A stretch of DNA of 63,487 bases, filler included. It is 5 parts of 5 records of this genome, joined end to end, with 100 filler letters (N's around TTAATTAATTAA, not from the genome) between each part and the next. Parts side by side here need not be neighbours in the genome. Positions count along the whole stretch, not along the records: positions 1 to 27,783 come from SRR20825019_897; 4 more parts are not named here. One strand, 5' to 3'. The position numbers and the translations under genes are program-made. Below the pieces are notes generated by a model. That model saw nothing but the letters and a program-made list of their open reading frames with translations. It made no database searches and was not told where the DNA came from. This document shows, in pieces, positions 1-10,620 of the stretch. How positions within the stretch are numbered: the stretch's first letter is position 1; each line of letters opens with the position of its first letter.

Positions 1-30
1 CATTCTTAAAGCATTCTTAAAGCATTCTTA
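1..30. repeat. Tandem repeat of the 11-bp unit CATTCTTAAAG (about 2.7 copies) at the window edge
   Basis: Read directly: cattcttaaag cattcttaaag cattctta; may continue upstream of the window. Confidence 0.8.
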
Positions 31-263
31 TACGAAAATAGCGTTAATAAAAAATTTTATCATTAAGCAAAACTTAAACAAGTGTTAAAATACAATATGA
101 TTTTATGATTACTGTTTTTATAATTATACAAATAATGTATATTTGAATTATTTACAATTTATACAAACTTAATAACATTGTAAGTAATAATTAATATTTT
201 TATTTTTTTTAAATTTTAAATAATTAAGAAATATTATTAATTAATAAATTCAGGTCTAAAAAT

Positions 264-2069
264 ATGTTAAACGATATAATAGATGATCTTGCATCAGATA
301 ATCTAGATATAACTAACAAATACGATTCATATAGTTATTTTATTAAGCTTTTAATAAACAAAAAACTTGATAATTTAGAGTACAAAGAACTTTTTATTAT
401 ATTAGAAAAATTGAATTTAGATATAGATACGATCTGTATCAAATCTATTGAAAACTGTCAAATTGATATAATAAAATATCTAATCGTTTACAAAACAAAT
501 ATAAATAATGAAAATTTTAATATTATTGAGGCTAATTTTTATCGATCTTTTACAAGAGCAGCCCGCCTTGGTGAAGTTAGTGTGATGAAATTCTTGTTAG
601 AAATTAGTTTGGAATCTTTATCTAATTCAAGAATTATTCATAATAATGACAATGAACCATTTATACAAGCAGCAAGAGCAGGTCAATTAAATTCTTTAGA
701 ATTTTTACTAGATCAAGTACAAGAAACTCAAGATAAAGAAAATATGATTCATGCAAATAATGATAAAGCATTTATATGTGCATCAGAGTCTGGACATATT
801 GAAATAATGAACTTCCTTATAGAATTAACTCAAGATAAAAATGTTCAAGATAAAATGATTCATTCTGAATGTGATTTATCATTTGTCTTAGCTTCTGGAA
901 AAGGACAAATTAGAAGTATGCAACATCTTGTAAGGTTAACACAAAATTTTCATATAAGGGATAGAATGATTCATACATCAAATAACAGAGCTTTTCAGTT
1001 AGCTTCTTTAAATGGCAAAATTGAAAGTTTAAAATATTTGATTGAATTAACTCCTAATCTCGAAGCAATATATAATATGATTCATACAAATAATGATTCT
1101 CCTTTTAGATCAGCTGCAAAGCACCAACATTTAGAAGTATTAAAATTTTTAGTTAATTTAACCCAAAACTCAATTTCTTTAAATAATATGATACATTCTA
1201 ATGATGATGAATCTTTTATAAAATCTATTAAAAACATAGAGATAACTAATTATTTAATTAATTTGACTCCTAACCATGAATTAAGAAATAAAATGATTCA
1301 CGCACAAGATGATTTAGCTTTTATATCTTCGATTAATAATATTGATATTCTTAAAATTCTAATAAATTTAACTCCTGAGCAAGAATTAAGAAATAAAATG
1401 ATTCATGCGCAAGATGACTGGCCATTTTGTAAAGCATCGAAATCAGGTAATTTACATGTTGTTCAATATTTAGCTGAATTAACTCAAGATATAGATCTAA
1501 GGAGTAAGATGATTCATGCACAAAAAGGAAGAGCATTCTATCTGGCATCAAGAGCAGGTCATATAGATATTATTAAGTATATAGTCAGTCTATCTATAGA
1601 TAAAGTAGATAGAGATAAATTGATACATTGTAATAATGATTATTCTTTTAAATGGTCTGTAAAGGAAAATCACTTAGAAATTGTAAAATATTTAATAATG
1701 CTTGATCCATTTTATAATTGGCCTGAAATAGTAAATAATCATTTTAAGTCAAAAATAATTCATTATAAAAATATTGACATAATGGCACTAAAAAACTTAG
1801 CTACTTCCTGCAAAAATATATTTTCAGAAAAATCTTTATCTAATGAAATTACTGATAATATTAGTCTATTGAATTTACCAATTGATATCTTATTAATGAT
1901 CGCACAAAAACTTTCTAAAGCTAATGAGTATTATTCTCATCTTGTAAACCCTGCTATAAAGGCTTTTACTTATGATCAAAATTCATACAAAGATGGTTTA
2001 GAAGGCTTTTTATATAGGTATGAATATTATTTAAAAGAGACAGGAGTTATTATATTTGATGAAGAATAA
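264..2069 (+). CDS. Ankyrin-repeat protein (about 11 units of 35-37 aa) with C-terminal F-box-like motif; candidate host-directed effector
   Basis: Repeats of MIHAxxDxAFxxAxxxGHLxIxxYLIxLT spaced 111 nt apart (two spaced 105 nt); SLLNLPIDILLMIAQKL at about 1863-1913 resembles the F-box start. Confidence 0.9.
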   Translation: MLNDIIDDLASDNLDITNKYDSYSYFIKLLINKKLDNLEYKELFIILEKLNLDIDTICIKSIENCQIDIIKYLIVYKTNINNENFNIIEANFYRSFTRAARLGEVSVMKFLLEISLESLSNSRIIHNNDNEPFIQAARAGQLNSLEFLLDQVQETQDKENMIHANNDKAFICASESGHIEIMNFLIELTQDKNVQDKMIHSECDLSFVLASGKGQIRSMQHLVRLTQNFHIRDRMIHTSNNRAFQLASLNGKIESLKYLIELTPNLEAIYNMIHTNNDSPFRSAAKHQHLEVLKFLVNLTQNSISLNNMIHSNDDESFIKSIKNIEITNYLINLTPNHELRNKMIHAQDDLAFISSINNIDILKILINLTPEQELRNKMIHAQDDWPFCKASKSGNLHVVQYLAELTQDIDLRSKMIHAQKGRAFYLASRAGHIDIIKYIVSLSIDKVDRDKLIHCNNDYSFKWSVKENHLEIVKYLIMLDPFYNWPEIVNNHFKSKIIHYKNIDIMALKNLATSCKNIFSEKSLSNEITDNISLLNLPIDILLMIAQKLSKANEYYSHLVNPAIKAFTYDQNSYKDGLEGFLYRYEYYLKETGVIIFDEE

Positions 2070-2153
2070 TTTATTTGTAATTATGTTAAACTTTATTTTC
2101 AATTAGCTAAAAATCCTTATAGTTTAATTTTATTGATTTAAAAAATATTGAAC

Positions 2154-2834
2154 TTATATTATCAAAGCTTTAAATATGTATCCTTTGATTTCACTTAATA
2201 TCTCTTTAAATGATTTATGTGATGTATCTATTTTAATTGCATCTTCATAATATAATAAAGGTGCATATTTTCTGTTAGAATCTTTTTCATCTCTTTGTAA
2301 AATAGATTTTTTTATATCTTCAATATTTAAATTATTTATTTTACTTTTTTTCAGCTGTTTAAATCTTCTTTGAGCTCTAACTTCAATATTAGCTTCCAAA
2401 TAAAATTTTATGTCAGCTTTTTTTGCTAATACACTTCCACCGTCCCTACCCTCTATTATAATTTTTGGATATTTATTTATAAAATCTTTTTGTAGTTTTA
2501 ATATAAAACTTCTAACAAATTGATATTGAGCAATATTAGAAGCATATAAACCAATTTCTTCGTTCATTAGAAATTTGAAATTATTATCTAAATATTCTAA
2601 ATTTTGATTATTATTTAAATATTCTTGTATTTTACTCTGATCAGTTGATATAATATTCTCAAGCTTTAAATCATAAGCGAGTTTTCTGAAATAAAAACTA
2701 GTATGTAATGTTAAAAGACCAAGTTTTTTTGAAAGTAATTTAGTAATTGTTGTTTTACCAGTTCCAGCGCCTCCATCTATTGTAATAATAAATTTATTTT
2801 TGCCTTTTATATAATTTAGAATATTTAAGTCCAT
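2154..2834 (-). CDS. cmk: Cytidylate kinase
   Basis: ITIDGGAGTGKTT P-loop, IIEGRDGG, RDEKDSNRKYAPL. Confidence 0.92.
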   Translation of the reverse strand: MDLNILNYIKGKNKFIITIDGGAGTGKTTITKLLSKKLGLLTLHTSFYFRKLAYDLKLENIISTDQSKIQEYLNNNQNLEYLDNNFKFLMNEEIGLYASNIAQYQFVRSFILKLQKDFINKYPKIIIEGRDGGSVLAKKADIKFYLEANIEVRAQRRFKQLKKSKINNLNIEDIKKSILQRDEKDSNRKYAPLLYYEDAIKIDTSHKSFKEILSEIKGYIFKALII

Positions 2835-3574
2835 TATTCTATTCTAAATGATTCACCCAAATATATATCCACTGCTTTCTTATTCTTAACAATCACATCA
2901 GGTGTACCCTCAACAAGTACTGTTCCGCTATAAACTATATAAGCTCTATCTACAATTTTAAGCATTTCACCCACATTATGGTCTGTTATTAAAATACCTA
3001 TATTTCTTTGCCTTAAATGCTCAATTAACTCTCTTATATCTGAAATAGCAATAGGATCTACTCCAACAAGAGGCTCATCAAATAAAATACATTCAGGATT
3101 TAATGCAACTATCCTAGCTATTTCTAACCTTCTTCTTTCACCAGCTGATAATGCAGTTGATGGTACATATTGAAGATGGGATATTTTAAACTCCTCAAGT
3201 AGATCTTCAACTTCACTTTCAATTCTGTGTTTTGATATATCTTTTCTGGTTTCAACAATTGATTCAATATTTTCAAACACATTTAATCCTTTAAAAATAG
3301 ATGATTCATGAGGTAGATAACTAAGCCCCATTCTTGCCCTTAAATACATAGGCATATGCGTAACATCTTTTCCTTTAATATATACTTTTCCAGCATCTGA
3401 CTTTATAAGACCAGCCATTATTGTAAAGCAAGTAGTTTTACCAGCTCCATTTGGCCCCAAAAGGCCAACAACTTCTCCTTTTTTTAAAGAAATAGAAACA
3501 TCCTTTACTATCAATTTATTATTATATGATTTTGATATATGTTTTGCTTCTAGAATATTTTCTTGGTTTTCCAT
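2834..3574 (-). CDS. lptB: LPS export ABC transporter ATPase
   Basis: GLLGPNGAGKTT, RARMGLSYLP, LSAGERRRLEIAR, DEP..GVDP, LITDHNV. Confidence 0.93.
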   Translation of the reverse strand: MENQENILEAKHISKSYNNKLIVKDVSISLKKGEVVGLLGPNGAGKTTCFTIMAGLIKSDAGKVYIKGKDVTHMPMYLRARMGLSYLPHESSIFKGLNVFENIESIVETRKDISKHRIESEVEDLLEEFKISHLQYVPSTALSAGERRRLEIARIVALNPECILFDEPLVGVDPIAISDIRELIEHLRQRNIGILITDHNVGEMLKIVDRAYIVYSGTVLVEGTPDVIVKNKKAVDIYLGESFRIE

Positions 3575-3604
3575 TTTATTTAAGTTTTAATATATAAATT
3601 TTAC

Positions 3605-4027
3605 TCATAAATATAATAACATTCTATTTCCTACTAATATATCTTTTTGAGATTTAATATTAATATTCCCCTTTAATTCAATATATTTAGATTTAAAATC
3701 TATAAAGCCAGAATCAGATATAATTAAAGAATCAATGCTATTTTTATCTACAAAAATTTTAAGTTTTCCTTTTATAACACAATTATTAATATTAAACTGA
3801 AATTTACTATCATTATTTTGAAAATTCACCTCAATTTCAGATGTAATTAGCTTTAATTGATTATATATTAACAACACATTACCTTTATATAAAGCTTTTT
3901 TAGATTTTACATCAATTACAAGTTGATCTGAAAAAATTTCTAAATCTTTGGAAATTGCATTAATAGGTAATAATATTAATATTAAAAGATTTATCTTAAT
4001 CAGATAATTTAAAAATGGTTTTGACAT
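3605..4027 (-). CDS. LptA/OstA-like periplasmic LPS transport protein (divergent)
   Basis: Signal peptide, beta-rich sequence (IFSDQL...ALYKGNV; IELKGNI), directly upstream of lptB. Confidence 0.6.
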   Translation of the reverse strand: MSKPFLNYLIKINLLILILLPINAISKDLEIFSDQLVIDVKSKKALYKGNVLLIYNQLKLITSEIEVNFQNNDSKFQFNINNCVIKGKLKIFVDKNSIDSLIISDSGFIDFKSKYIELKGNINIKSQKDILVGNRMLLYL

Positions 4028-4559
4028 TATTTGTTAAAGTAATTGTTGAAGTATTAATATTAAGTTTATCAGAACTTGCTTTAAAATCTTTAGTATAAAT
4101 TTCTATATTATTTCCAAATATAATTGAATCTTTAAAATCTATTAATCCATTAATAGCATTTATCTTTATATTTTTAATTTTCATTTTAATATCTGATATC
4201 TCAACTTTTTTCTTGATATTATTTAATGAGGCATGTTTAGTATAAATATATAAAATAAGGCCATTATCAATTTCTAAATTACCTTTAAGATTTCTTACTA
4301 AATAAATACCTTTTTCATACATTTTAGCTGATAATAGATAAAATTTATATGGAAGATTTTTTATAGATAATCCTTTAATTTCAAGTTCATCAATACTTAA
4401 TATGGGATTTTTTAATTCGTAATTATTTTCTATATTATTATTTAAAGTAGCATTAATATTATTTGTAAATAATATTAAATATAAAATTATAAAATTCTTA
4501 AAAATTAAATTTTTCAGTTTTGTTAAATGTAAAATTTTAGTGAGCAAATATATCTGCAT
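3996..4559 (-). CDS. LptC-like protein (divergent)
   Basis: N-terminal hydrophobic segment, beta-rich body, lptC position upstream of LptA-like and lptB; first ATG at 4559. Confidence 0.5.
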   Translation of the reverse strand: MQIYLLTKILHLTKLKNLIFKNFIILYLILFTNNINATLNNNIENNYELKNPILSIDELEIKGLSIKNLPYKFYLLSAKMYEKGIYLVRNLKGNLEIDNGLILYIYTKHASLNNIKKKVEISDIKMKIKNIKINAINGLIDFKDSIIFGNNIEIYTKDFKASSDKLNINTSTITLTNNVKTIFKLSD

Positions 4560-5160
4560 TTTCCCAGCCACTTATGTCAAGTAATACCCTTGTAGGAATA
4601 ACTTCAAAAACCTTTTCAGCAATTTCAAGCCTTCCTTCTCTTATAAGCATATATTTTAATTTTTTATATATCTCATGTAAGTATATCACATCATTACTTG
4701 CGTAATTAATCTGATCATCAGTAAATTCTTCCCTGCCCCAATCAGATGATTGCTGCTGTTTAGACATATTAATATTTAAAAATTCTCTACATAACTCTTT
4801 TAGGCTATGAGAATCAGTATAAGTTCTTACAAGCTTTGAAGCAATTCTTGTGCAAAATATGTTTTTTATATCATAACCAAGATTTTTTCTAATAATAGCT
4901 AAATCAAATCTTGCAAAATGAAAAATTTTTTTAATATCTGGATTTAATAAAATCTTACTTAGATTTGGCGAATTAAACTCATCTTTTTTGTATTTTATAA
5001 TACAAATTTTACCTTTAGAATCTGAAATTTGAATAGCGCAAAGCCTATCTCTATTAATATTAAGACCCATAGCTTCTGTGTCTATTGCTAAACTATCTGA
5101 ATTATAAAAACCTGGCTCTATATCTCCATAAAATAACTGAACTTTATTATTAATATTCAT
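4537..5160 (-). CDS. rnd: Ribonuclease D-like 3'-5' exonuclease (short alphaproteobacterial form)
   Basis: AIDTEAMGL, KIFHFARFD, SKQQQSSDWG, YASNDV DEDDy motifs. Confidence 0.88.
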   Translation of the reverse strand: MNINNKVQLFYGDIEPGFYNSDSLAIDTEAMGLNINRDRLCAIQISDSKGKICIIKYKKDEFNSPNLSKILLNPDIKKIFHFARFDLAIIRKNLGYDIKNIFCTRIASKLVRTYTDSHSLKELCREFLNINMSKQQQSSDWGREEFTDDQINYASNDVIYLHEIYKKLKYMLIREGRLEIAEKVFEVIPTRVLLDISGWENADIFAH

Positions 5161-5180
5161 ACTACTATAACTTTATTATA

Positions 5181-5501
5181 TTATTCTCCTTGTTGATTAA
5201 TTATCACCCGCTCTTTGGGTTTTGCTATATTAAGATTTTTTCTTGCACATTCATCTAACAGATCAATATCCAATTCCTCTGAACCAAGCAAATTTGACTT
5301 ATTTTTAAGAGTTAATTTTTCTTGTTGAATATCTTTAAGTTTTGAATTTTGTATATCAAGTTTATTATTTAAATCCATATAAGATATAACCCCCCTATTA
5401 CCAAATAAAATATGGTAAAAAAAATATGATAAAATTAACATAAAAAGCAATAAAAACTTATTGCCTGCTATAAAATTTTTTAAATTAAAAAAATATCTCA
5501 T
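5181..5501 (-). CDS. ftsB: Septum formation initiator, FtsB/DivIC family
   Basis: Single TM helix, GNRG, coiled coil, DLLDECARKNL..AKPKE. Confidence 0.75.
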   Translation of the reverse strand: MRYFFNLKNFIAGNKFLLLFMLILSYFFYHILFGNRGVISYMDLNNKLDIQNSKLKDIQQEKLTLKNKSNLLGSEELDIDLLDECARKNLNIAKPKERVIINQQGE

Positions 5502-6187
5502 AATATAAACCAGATTAATGGCGCTGTTAAAATTATACTATCAAATCTATCTAAAAAGCCCCCATGACCAGGAATAATATTACCAGTATCTTTTATATTA
5601 AATTTCCTTTTAAAATAAGATACAAGCAAATCACTAGCTTGAGCTATTATACCAAAAAACACTCCAAAACTAAAGTGGTATACGTAAAAGTATAATTTAA
5701 AACCAAAATATTGATCTTTTATAGCTTCAAATCCTTGATAATATTTAATCATCAAAAATGCAATACCACAAGCAGTTATACCAGAAATTAAACCGCTATA
5801 AGTTTTATTTGGGCTGATATTTGGAGCAAGCTTTATTCCTCCAAATAATTTACCACCAATCATAGCAAAACTATCAACTATCCATATGAGAATAAAATAT
5901 ACTAATAAGCTGTTAAATGCTTTTTTTTGATTGCTAATTATTAAACTGAAAATATAAAAAATAGAAGGAGCTAATAATAAATATCCGTATATTAAATATT
6001 TATTATCTCTTTTTACCATCAAAGCCCATTCAGATGCCATCATAAAAGCAATAAATGAAAAAACTACTAAAAATAATTTAGGATAATATAAAATACTTAA
6101 CATAAATATTAAGATTATAAATATCCCTGATATAAATCTTAAAAAAAGATTAGAATAATTGAAAGTTTTACTTTCTTTTTCTACCAT
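5498..6187 (-). CDS. cdsA: Phosphatidate cytidylyltransferase
   Basis: ISPNKTYSG, SYFKRKFNIKDTGNIIPGHGGFLDRFDS. Confidence 0.95.
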   Translation of the reverse strand: MVEKESKTFNYSNLFLRFISGIFIILIFMLSILYYPKLFLVVFSFIAFMMASEWALMVKRDNKYLIYGYLLLAPSIFYIFSLIISNQKKAFNSLLVYFILIWIVDSFAMIGGKLFGGIKLAPNISPNKTYSGLISGITACGIAFLMIKYYQGFEAIKDQYFGFKLYFYVYHFSFGVFFGIIAQASDLLVSYFKRKFNIKDTGNIIPGHGGFLDRFDSIILTAPLIWFIL

Positions 6188-6878
6188 AATTTCTAGTTCT
6201 TTTATTAAAATCTTCTATAGCAAGGTCTAAATCATCACTTGTAAATTCAGGCCATAATTTATCTGTAAAATAAATCTCAGAATATGCTAAATGCCATAAT
6301 AAAAAATTACTTAATCTTTTCTCTCCTCCAGTTCTAATCAAAAAGTCTATATCAGGTAAATTTTTATCATAAAAATAATTCTTCAAATTAATTTCATCTA
6401 AATTGTTAATATTTATTTTACTACTAAGTAATTTCTTACATGCATCAACTATTTCTTGTCTACCTCCATATCCAAAAGCAACATTCAGAATGAGTTTTTG
6501 ATTTTTACTAGTTATAGTTTCAATATTTTCAATTTTTTTTAAAGTTTTTGCTGGTAAATTATTATATCTACCAATAAATTTAAATTTAATATTATTTGAA
6601 ATGATATTATCTTTTTCACTTGTTAAATATAAGTCAAGAACATCTAAAATAATATCAATTTCTTCTTTAGGTCTTAACCAGTTTTCTGAAGAAAATGCAA
6701 AAATCGTTAGATATTTAATATTTTTTTCAAGAATATGATTTGTCATCAATTTTAATTTAGAAGCTCCTTCTATATATCCTTGTTTATTCGGCAAATTGTT
6801 TTTTTTAGCCCATCTGCTATTACCATCCATAATTATTGCAAGATGCTCTAATTTAGATTCATTAATTTTTTCAAGCAT
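6168..6878 (-). CDS. uppS: Undecaprenyl diphosphate synthase
   Basis: HLAIIMDGNSRWA, AFSSENWLRP, LIRTGGEKRLSNFLLW. Confidence 0.95.
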   Translation of the reverse strand: MLEKINESKLEHLAIIMDGNSRWAKKNNLPNKQGYIEGASKLKLMTNHILEKNIKYLTIFAFSSENWLRPKEEIDIILDVLDLYLTSEKDNIISNNIKFKFIGRYNNLPAKTLKKIENIETITSKNQKLILNVAFGYGGRQEIVDACKKLLSSKININNLDEINLKNYFYDKNLPDIDFLIRTGGEKRLSNFLLWHLAYSEIYFTDKLWPEFTSDDLDLAIEDFNKRTRNYGRKRK

Positions 6879-7088
6879 AAATTGTTTATGTGATTATTTT
6901 AGATATATCATTCTAAAAATTACAAATAAATATATCTTTAAAATCCCTACTCCAAATATAAGTTTTTATATATTTTATTTGGATAAATTTTAATAGAATA
7001 TTTTTATAGTATTAGTATATTATAAATGCATATTATATACATATTTATATCTATGTAAAATATTCAAAAAATATTAATAAATTATAAA

Positions 7089-7991
7089 ATGAAATTTAAA
7101 GGCAAATTTAAGGGGTTATTTACAGCTTTAATCACACCATTTAAGAACGGAGAAATAGATTTTAATTCTCTAGAACAACTTATTTTAAGACAAAAAGCAA
7201 ATCATGTTCAAGGAATAATTTTATGTGGCTCTACTGGTGAATCTATTAATCTATCTCATGAAGAAATACTTAAAATTACAGATTTTAGCTTGAGATTTTC
7301 TGAATCTAATTTTAAAGTGATATCAACAATTACAGAATCATCAACAAAAAGAGCAATAGATCTTACAAGTAAATTATCTAAATTTAATATAGATGGATTA
7401 TTAGTTACCCTCCCCTATTATAACAAACCTAATCAAAATGGAATTTATAACCATATAAAATCAATATCGGAGTCTTCTAATACTGACATAATAATTTACA
7501 CAGTTCCATCTAGAAATAATATTGATATTAATAATGATAATTTAGTCAAATTATCAAAAATAAGTAATATAGTCGGTATTAAAGATGCAAGCTCAGATAT
7601 TTTAAGGCCATTAAAAATCAAAGATAAAATTAAAGATGAATTTTCATACTTATCAGGTGATGATTATTCTAGTATTCATTATATTTTAAGCGGAGGAAAT
7701 GGTCTTATATCTGTTGCATCCAATATATTTCCAAATATAATTTCTAAGATTATAAATTTGTCAATTCAAGGTAAATATTTAGATTCTATAAAATTACATA
7801 AAGAATACTCTTATATTTATAATATATTAGCTCTAGAATCTAATCCTATAATTGTAAAATATTTAATGTACAAGCTTGGATTTTGTACAAATGAAATTAG
7901 AGAACCATTATGTATACCTTGTAAAGAATCAATTAAAATTATTGATTCAAATATTGAAAAAATTAAAAATATCCAAAAGGATGATAATTAA
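7089..7991 (+). CDS. dapA: 4-hydroxy-tetrahydrodipicolinate synthase
   Basis: TALITPF, GSTGES, PYYNKP, IVGIKDAS, SNPIIVK; dapA-smpB adjacency. Confidence 0.92.
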   Translation: MKFKGKFKGLFTALITPFKNGEIDFNSLEQLILRQKANHVQGIILCGSTGESINLSHEEILKITDFSLRFSESNFKVISTITESSTKRAIDLTSKLSKFNIDGLLVTLPYYNKPNQNGIYNHIKSISESSNTDIIIYTVPSRNNIDINNDNLVKLSKISNIVGIKDASSDILRPLKIKDKIKDEFSYLSGDDYSSIHYILSGGNGLISVASNIFPNIISKIINLSIQGKYLDSIKLHKEYSYIYNILALESNPIIVKYLMYKLGFCTNEIREPLCIPCKESIKIIDSNIEKIKNIQKDDN

Positions 7992-8024
7992 TAATTATTA
8001 AAAAATATATAATAAATATTTAAA

Positions 8025-8483
8025 ATGAATAGCGATAAAGTAAATATATCTGTTAACAAAAAGGCAAAATTTGATTATATTATTGAAGAAGTAATAGAAG
8101 CTGGGATTGCATTACTTGGACCTGAAGTAAAATCTTTAAGAATGAATTCATCCCCAATAGGTGATTCATATATATATATTCTAAAAAACGAAGCCTTTAT
8201 TACCAATTTAAATATTAAAGAATACGATAAAAAAGATGGTTTTAAAAAACATTCGAAGAGAAAAATAAAACTTCTTTTAAATAAGAAAGAAATAAATAAA
8301 CTTATAGGAAAAACTAAAATTAAAGGATACTCAATCATCCCTCTTTCAATTTATAATAACAGTAAGAATTTAATTAAAATGGAAATAGCCCTTGCAAAAG
8401 GTAAAAAAAATTATGATAAACGCCATTCGATAAAAGAAAAAGAATGGAACAGAAAAAAAGAGAGATTATATAAAGAACGCTAA
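8025..8483 (+). CDS. smpB: SsrA-binding protein
   Basis: NKKAKFDY, EAGIALLGPEVKSLR, GKKNYDKR. Confidence 0.95.
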   Translation: MNSDKVNISVNKKAKFDYIIEEVIEAGIALLGPEVKSLRMNSSPIGDSYIYILKNEAFITNLNIKEYDKKDGFKKHSKRKIKLLLNKKEINKLIGKTKIKGYSIIPLSIYNNSKNLIKMEIALAKGKKNYDKRHSIKEKEWNRKKERLYKER

Positions 8484-8549
8484 TATTTACTATTCTTATA
8501 GAATGTTATAATATTATAATAAGTTAAATAATTTTGTTGATAATATAAA

Positions 8550-9068
8550 ATGTATTCCAAATGCATGCAGTCTAAATGCAAAATTGATATTATTTTTGAT
8601 TCAATTAACTGGAAAAATGAAAAATCTATTACTAAGATTTTTATTAATAATTTATGTAATGATTTTATTAATTTTTTAGAATTAAAAAGTGATATTAAAT
8701 TTTCATTTTGTATCTTATTAACTAGTGATATTAAAATGAAAGAACTAAATAATAGTTTCAGAAAAATTAATAAAACAACTGATATACTTTCATTTCCAGA
8801 ATATAATAATGCATTAAAAGAATTTAAAAATTCTAAAAATATGAAGTTATTAGAAATTGGTGATATAGCAATTGGATATGATAAAATAAATAATGATGCA
8901 TTATTATATAAAAGAAGCTTTAAAAATCACTTTATTCATTTATTAATTCATAGCATACTTCATTTACTTGGATTTACTCATGATCATGAGGAAGATAGAG
9001 AAATCATGGAATCAATTGAAAAAAATTATATTAAAAAAAATTATTTATATGATCCATATTTTTATTAA
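8550..9068 (+). CDS. ybeY: rRNA maturation endoribonuclease YbeY
   Basis: TDILSFP, GDIAI, HSILHLLGFTHD metal motif. Confidence 0.92.
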   Translation: MYSKCMQSKCKIDIIFDSINWKNEKSITKIFINNLCNDFINFLELKSDIKFSFCILLTSDIKMKELNNSFRKINKTTDILSFPEYNNALKEFKNSKNMKLLEIGDIAIGYDKINNDALLYKRSFKNHFIHLLIHSILHLLGFTHDHEEDREIMESIEKNYIKKNYLYDPYFY

Positions 9069-9177
9069 GTATTTTAAAGTAAAAATAAAAAATATTACTT
9101 TAGATTTTTAGATTATTTATTGACTTATGTTATACTATATGGAATATTAAATATAGAATTAATATATTAAGGGCGAT

Positions 9178-10563
9178 ATGATTGAAGATTTAAAAAAATT
9201 AATTGGAAAGAAAGATTTTCTAACTGCATATAACAAAGTATTCAATGCTTTAGAATCTGATTCAGAAAATACTGAATTTGAAGCTTTTAAAAGCAATCTT
9301 AATGGAAACGAAAATAATAAATTAAAAGCAGAAAGAATAACATTAAATATTTATGCTTCAAATAAATATAATTCGATTGAAAATTGGTTTTTAGGCAAAA
9401 AATATGCTTACGTATTTATTCGTGAAAAGGCAAAAAAGTTTTTTTTAAAATCTATTGAACTAGATACAACGAACGCAAATCCTTATTCTAGTATGGGGAA
9501 TTTATTGTTACTTGAAAAAAAATTTGATGAAGCAAAAGAATATATTGATAAAGCGATTCAACTTAACCCAAGACATAAAGGTGCATATAATAACTTAGCA
9601 AGTTATTATGAGATATTAGAAAAAGAAGATAAAGCAGGTGAAGTTTATAAAAAAATTGTCCAAATAGATCCAAATGACTTTATGGCTATATTTAATTTGG
9701 CAGAATCTATGAATAATCAAGGTAAATTTGAAGAAGCAAGAGATTATTTTTTACAAGCATTAAAAATCGAGCCAGATGATGATGAAACTTATTATAATTT
9801 AGGTTTTGTATATAGAGATCTCAAAATGAGTAGAGAATCTATATTAAACTTTAAAAAAGCTTTTGAAATAAAACCAAGCTCTAATTATGCTTGTTTTTTA
9901 GCAGGTGCCTTATTAAAAGAAGGAGAAAATGAAGAAGCGCTTTTTTATGCAAATAAATCTGTGCAACTGAAATTTTATTATTCAGAAGGGTATTTAGTAA
10001 AAGGATTAATTCGTAAAAATTTAGGAGAGAAAGATAAAGCAATGGAAAGTTTAACAGATTCAGTTAAACAATGTTCCTACAATCCATTCACTTTTGTTAC
10101 AAGAGCTCAGTTATTCCTAGAAAATAATGAACCTAAAAAAGCTAGAGAAGATTTAATAAAAGCTTACAAATATTACAAAAAGAAAACATGGGACAATAAT
10201 ACACTATTTATTGATGATGATAATAAAGAGTTTGTACTCAAAACACTAGAAGAAAATCATGCATTGATAGGATTTACTGAAGAAGAAGTCAGTAAAAAAG
10301 ATTGGATTGAAAAAGGTCCTGAAGAGCCAGAAAGTAAAATAGAAATTAAATATTTTGATGATAACAAAAATAAATCTAAAGTAAAAGATGTAATAATGCA
10401 TTTATTTCATGAAGAAATGAGAGATATGAATTATTCTAATTGTGAATTTTCTAATACAAAATTTATAGAAAGAACTTTAAAAACAATACTTGATAAAATG
10501 GAAATCCTTGATACTTTAACTGTAGGTGATACAGCAATTAATGATGACTATTCTGATTATTAA
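9178..10563 (+). CDS. Tetratricopeptide-repeat protein with acidic C-terminus; candidate effector
   Basis: About 7 TPR units (e.g. AYNNLASYY...IVQIDP, TYYNLGFVY...FEIKP); sits between ybeY and corC-like. Confidence 0.85.
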   Translation: MIEDLKKLIGKKDFLTAYNKVFNALESDSENTEFEAFKSNLNGNENNKLKAERITLNIYASNKYNSIENWFLGKKYAYVFIREKAKKFFLKSIELDTTNANPYSSMGNLLLLEKKFDEAKEYIDKAIQLNPRHKGAYNNLASYYEILEKEDKAGEVYKKIVQIDPNDFMAIFNLAESMNNQGKFEEARDYFLQALKIEPDDDETYYNLGFVYRDLKMSRESILNFKKAFEIKPSSNYACFLAGALLKEGENEEALFYANKSVQLKFYYSEGYLVKGLIRKNLGEKDKAMESLTDSVKQCSYNPFTFVTRAQLFLENNEPKKAREDLIKAYKYYKKKTWDNNTLFIDDDNKEFVLKTLEENHALIGFTEEEVSKKDWIEKGPEEPESKIEIKYFDDNKNKSKVKDVIMHLFHEEMRDMNYSNCEFSNTKFIERTLKTILDKMEILDTLTVGDTAINDDYSDY

Positions 10564-10620
10564 TTGCTATTTTATAAAAAACTAGTTTTATTCATTTCAT
10601 AAACCTAAATTGCATAACTG

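Noticed and set aside
1-30. 11-bp tandem repeat as a CRISPR array or iterons
   Set aside because: No spacers, unit too short, and no cas or rep gene visible.
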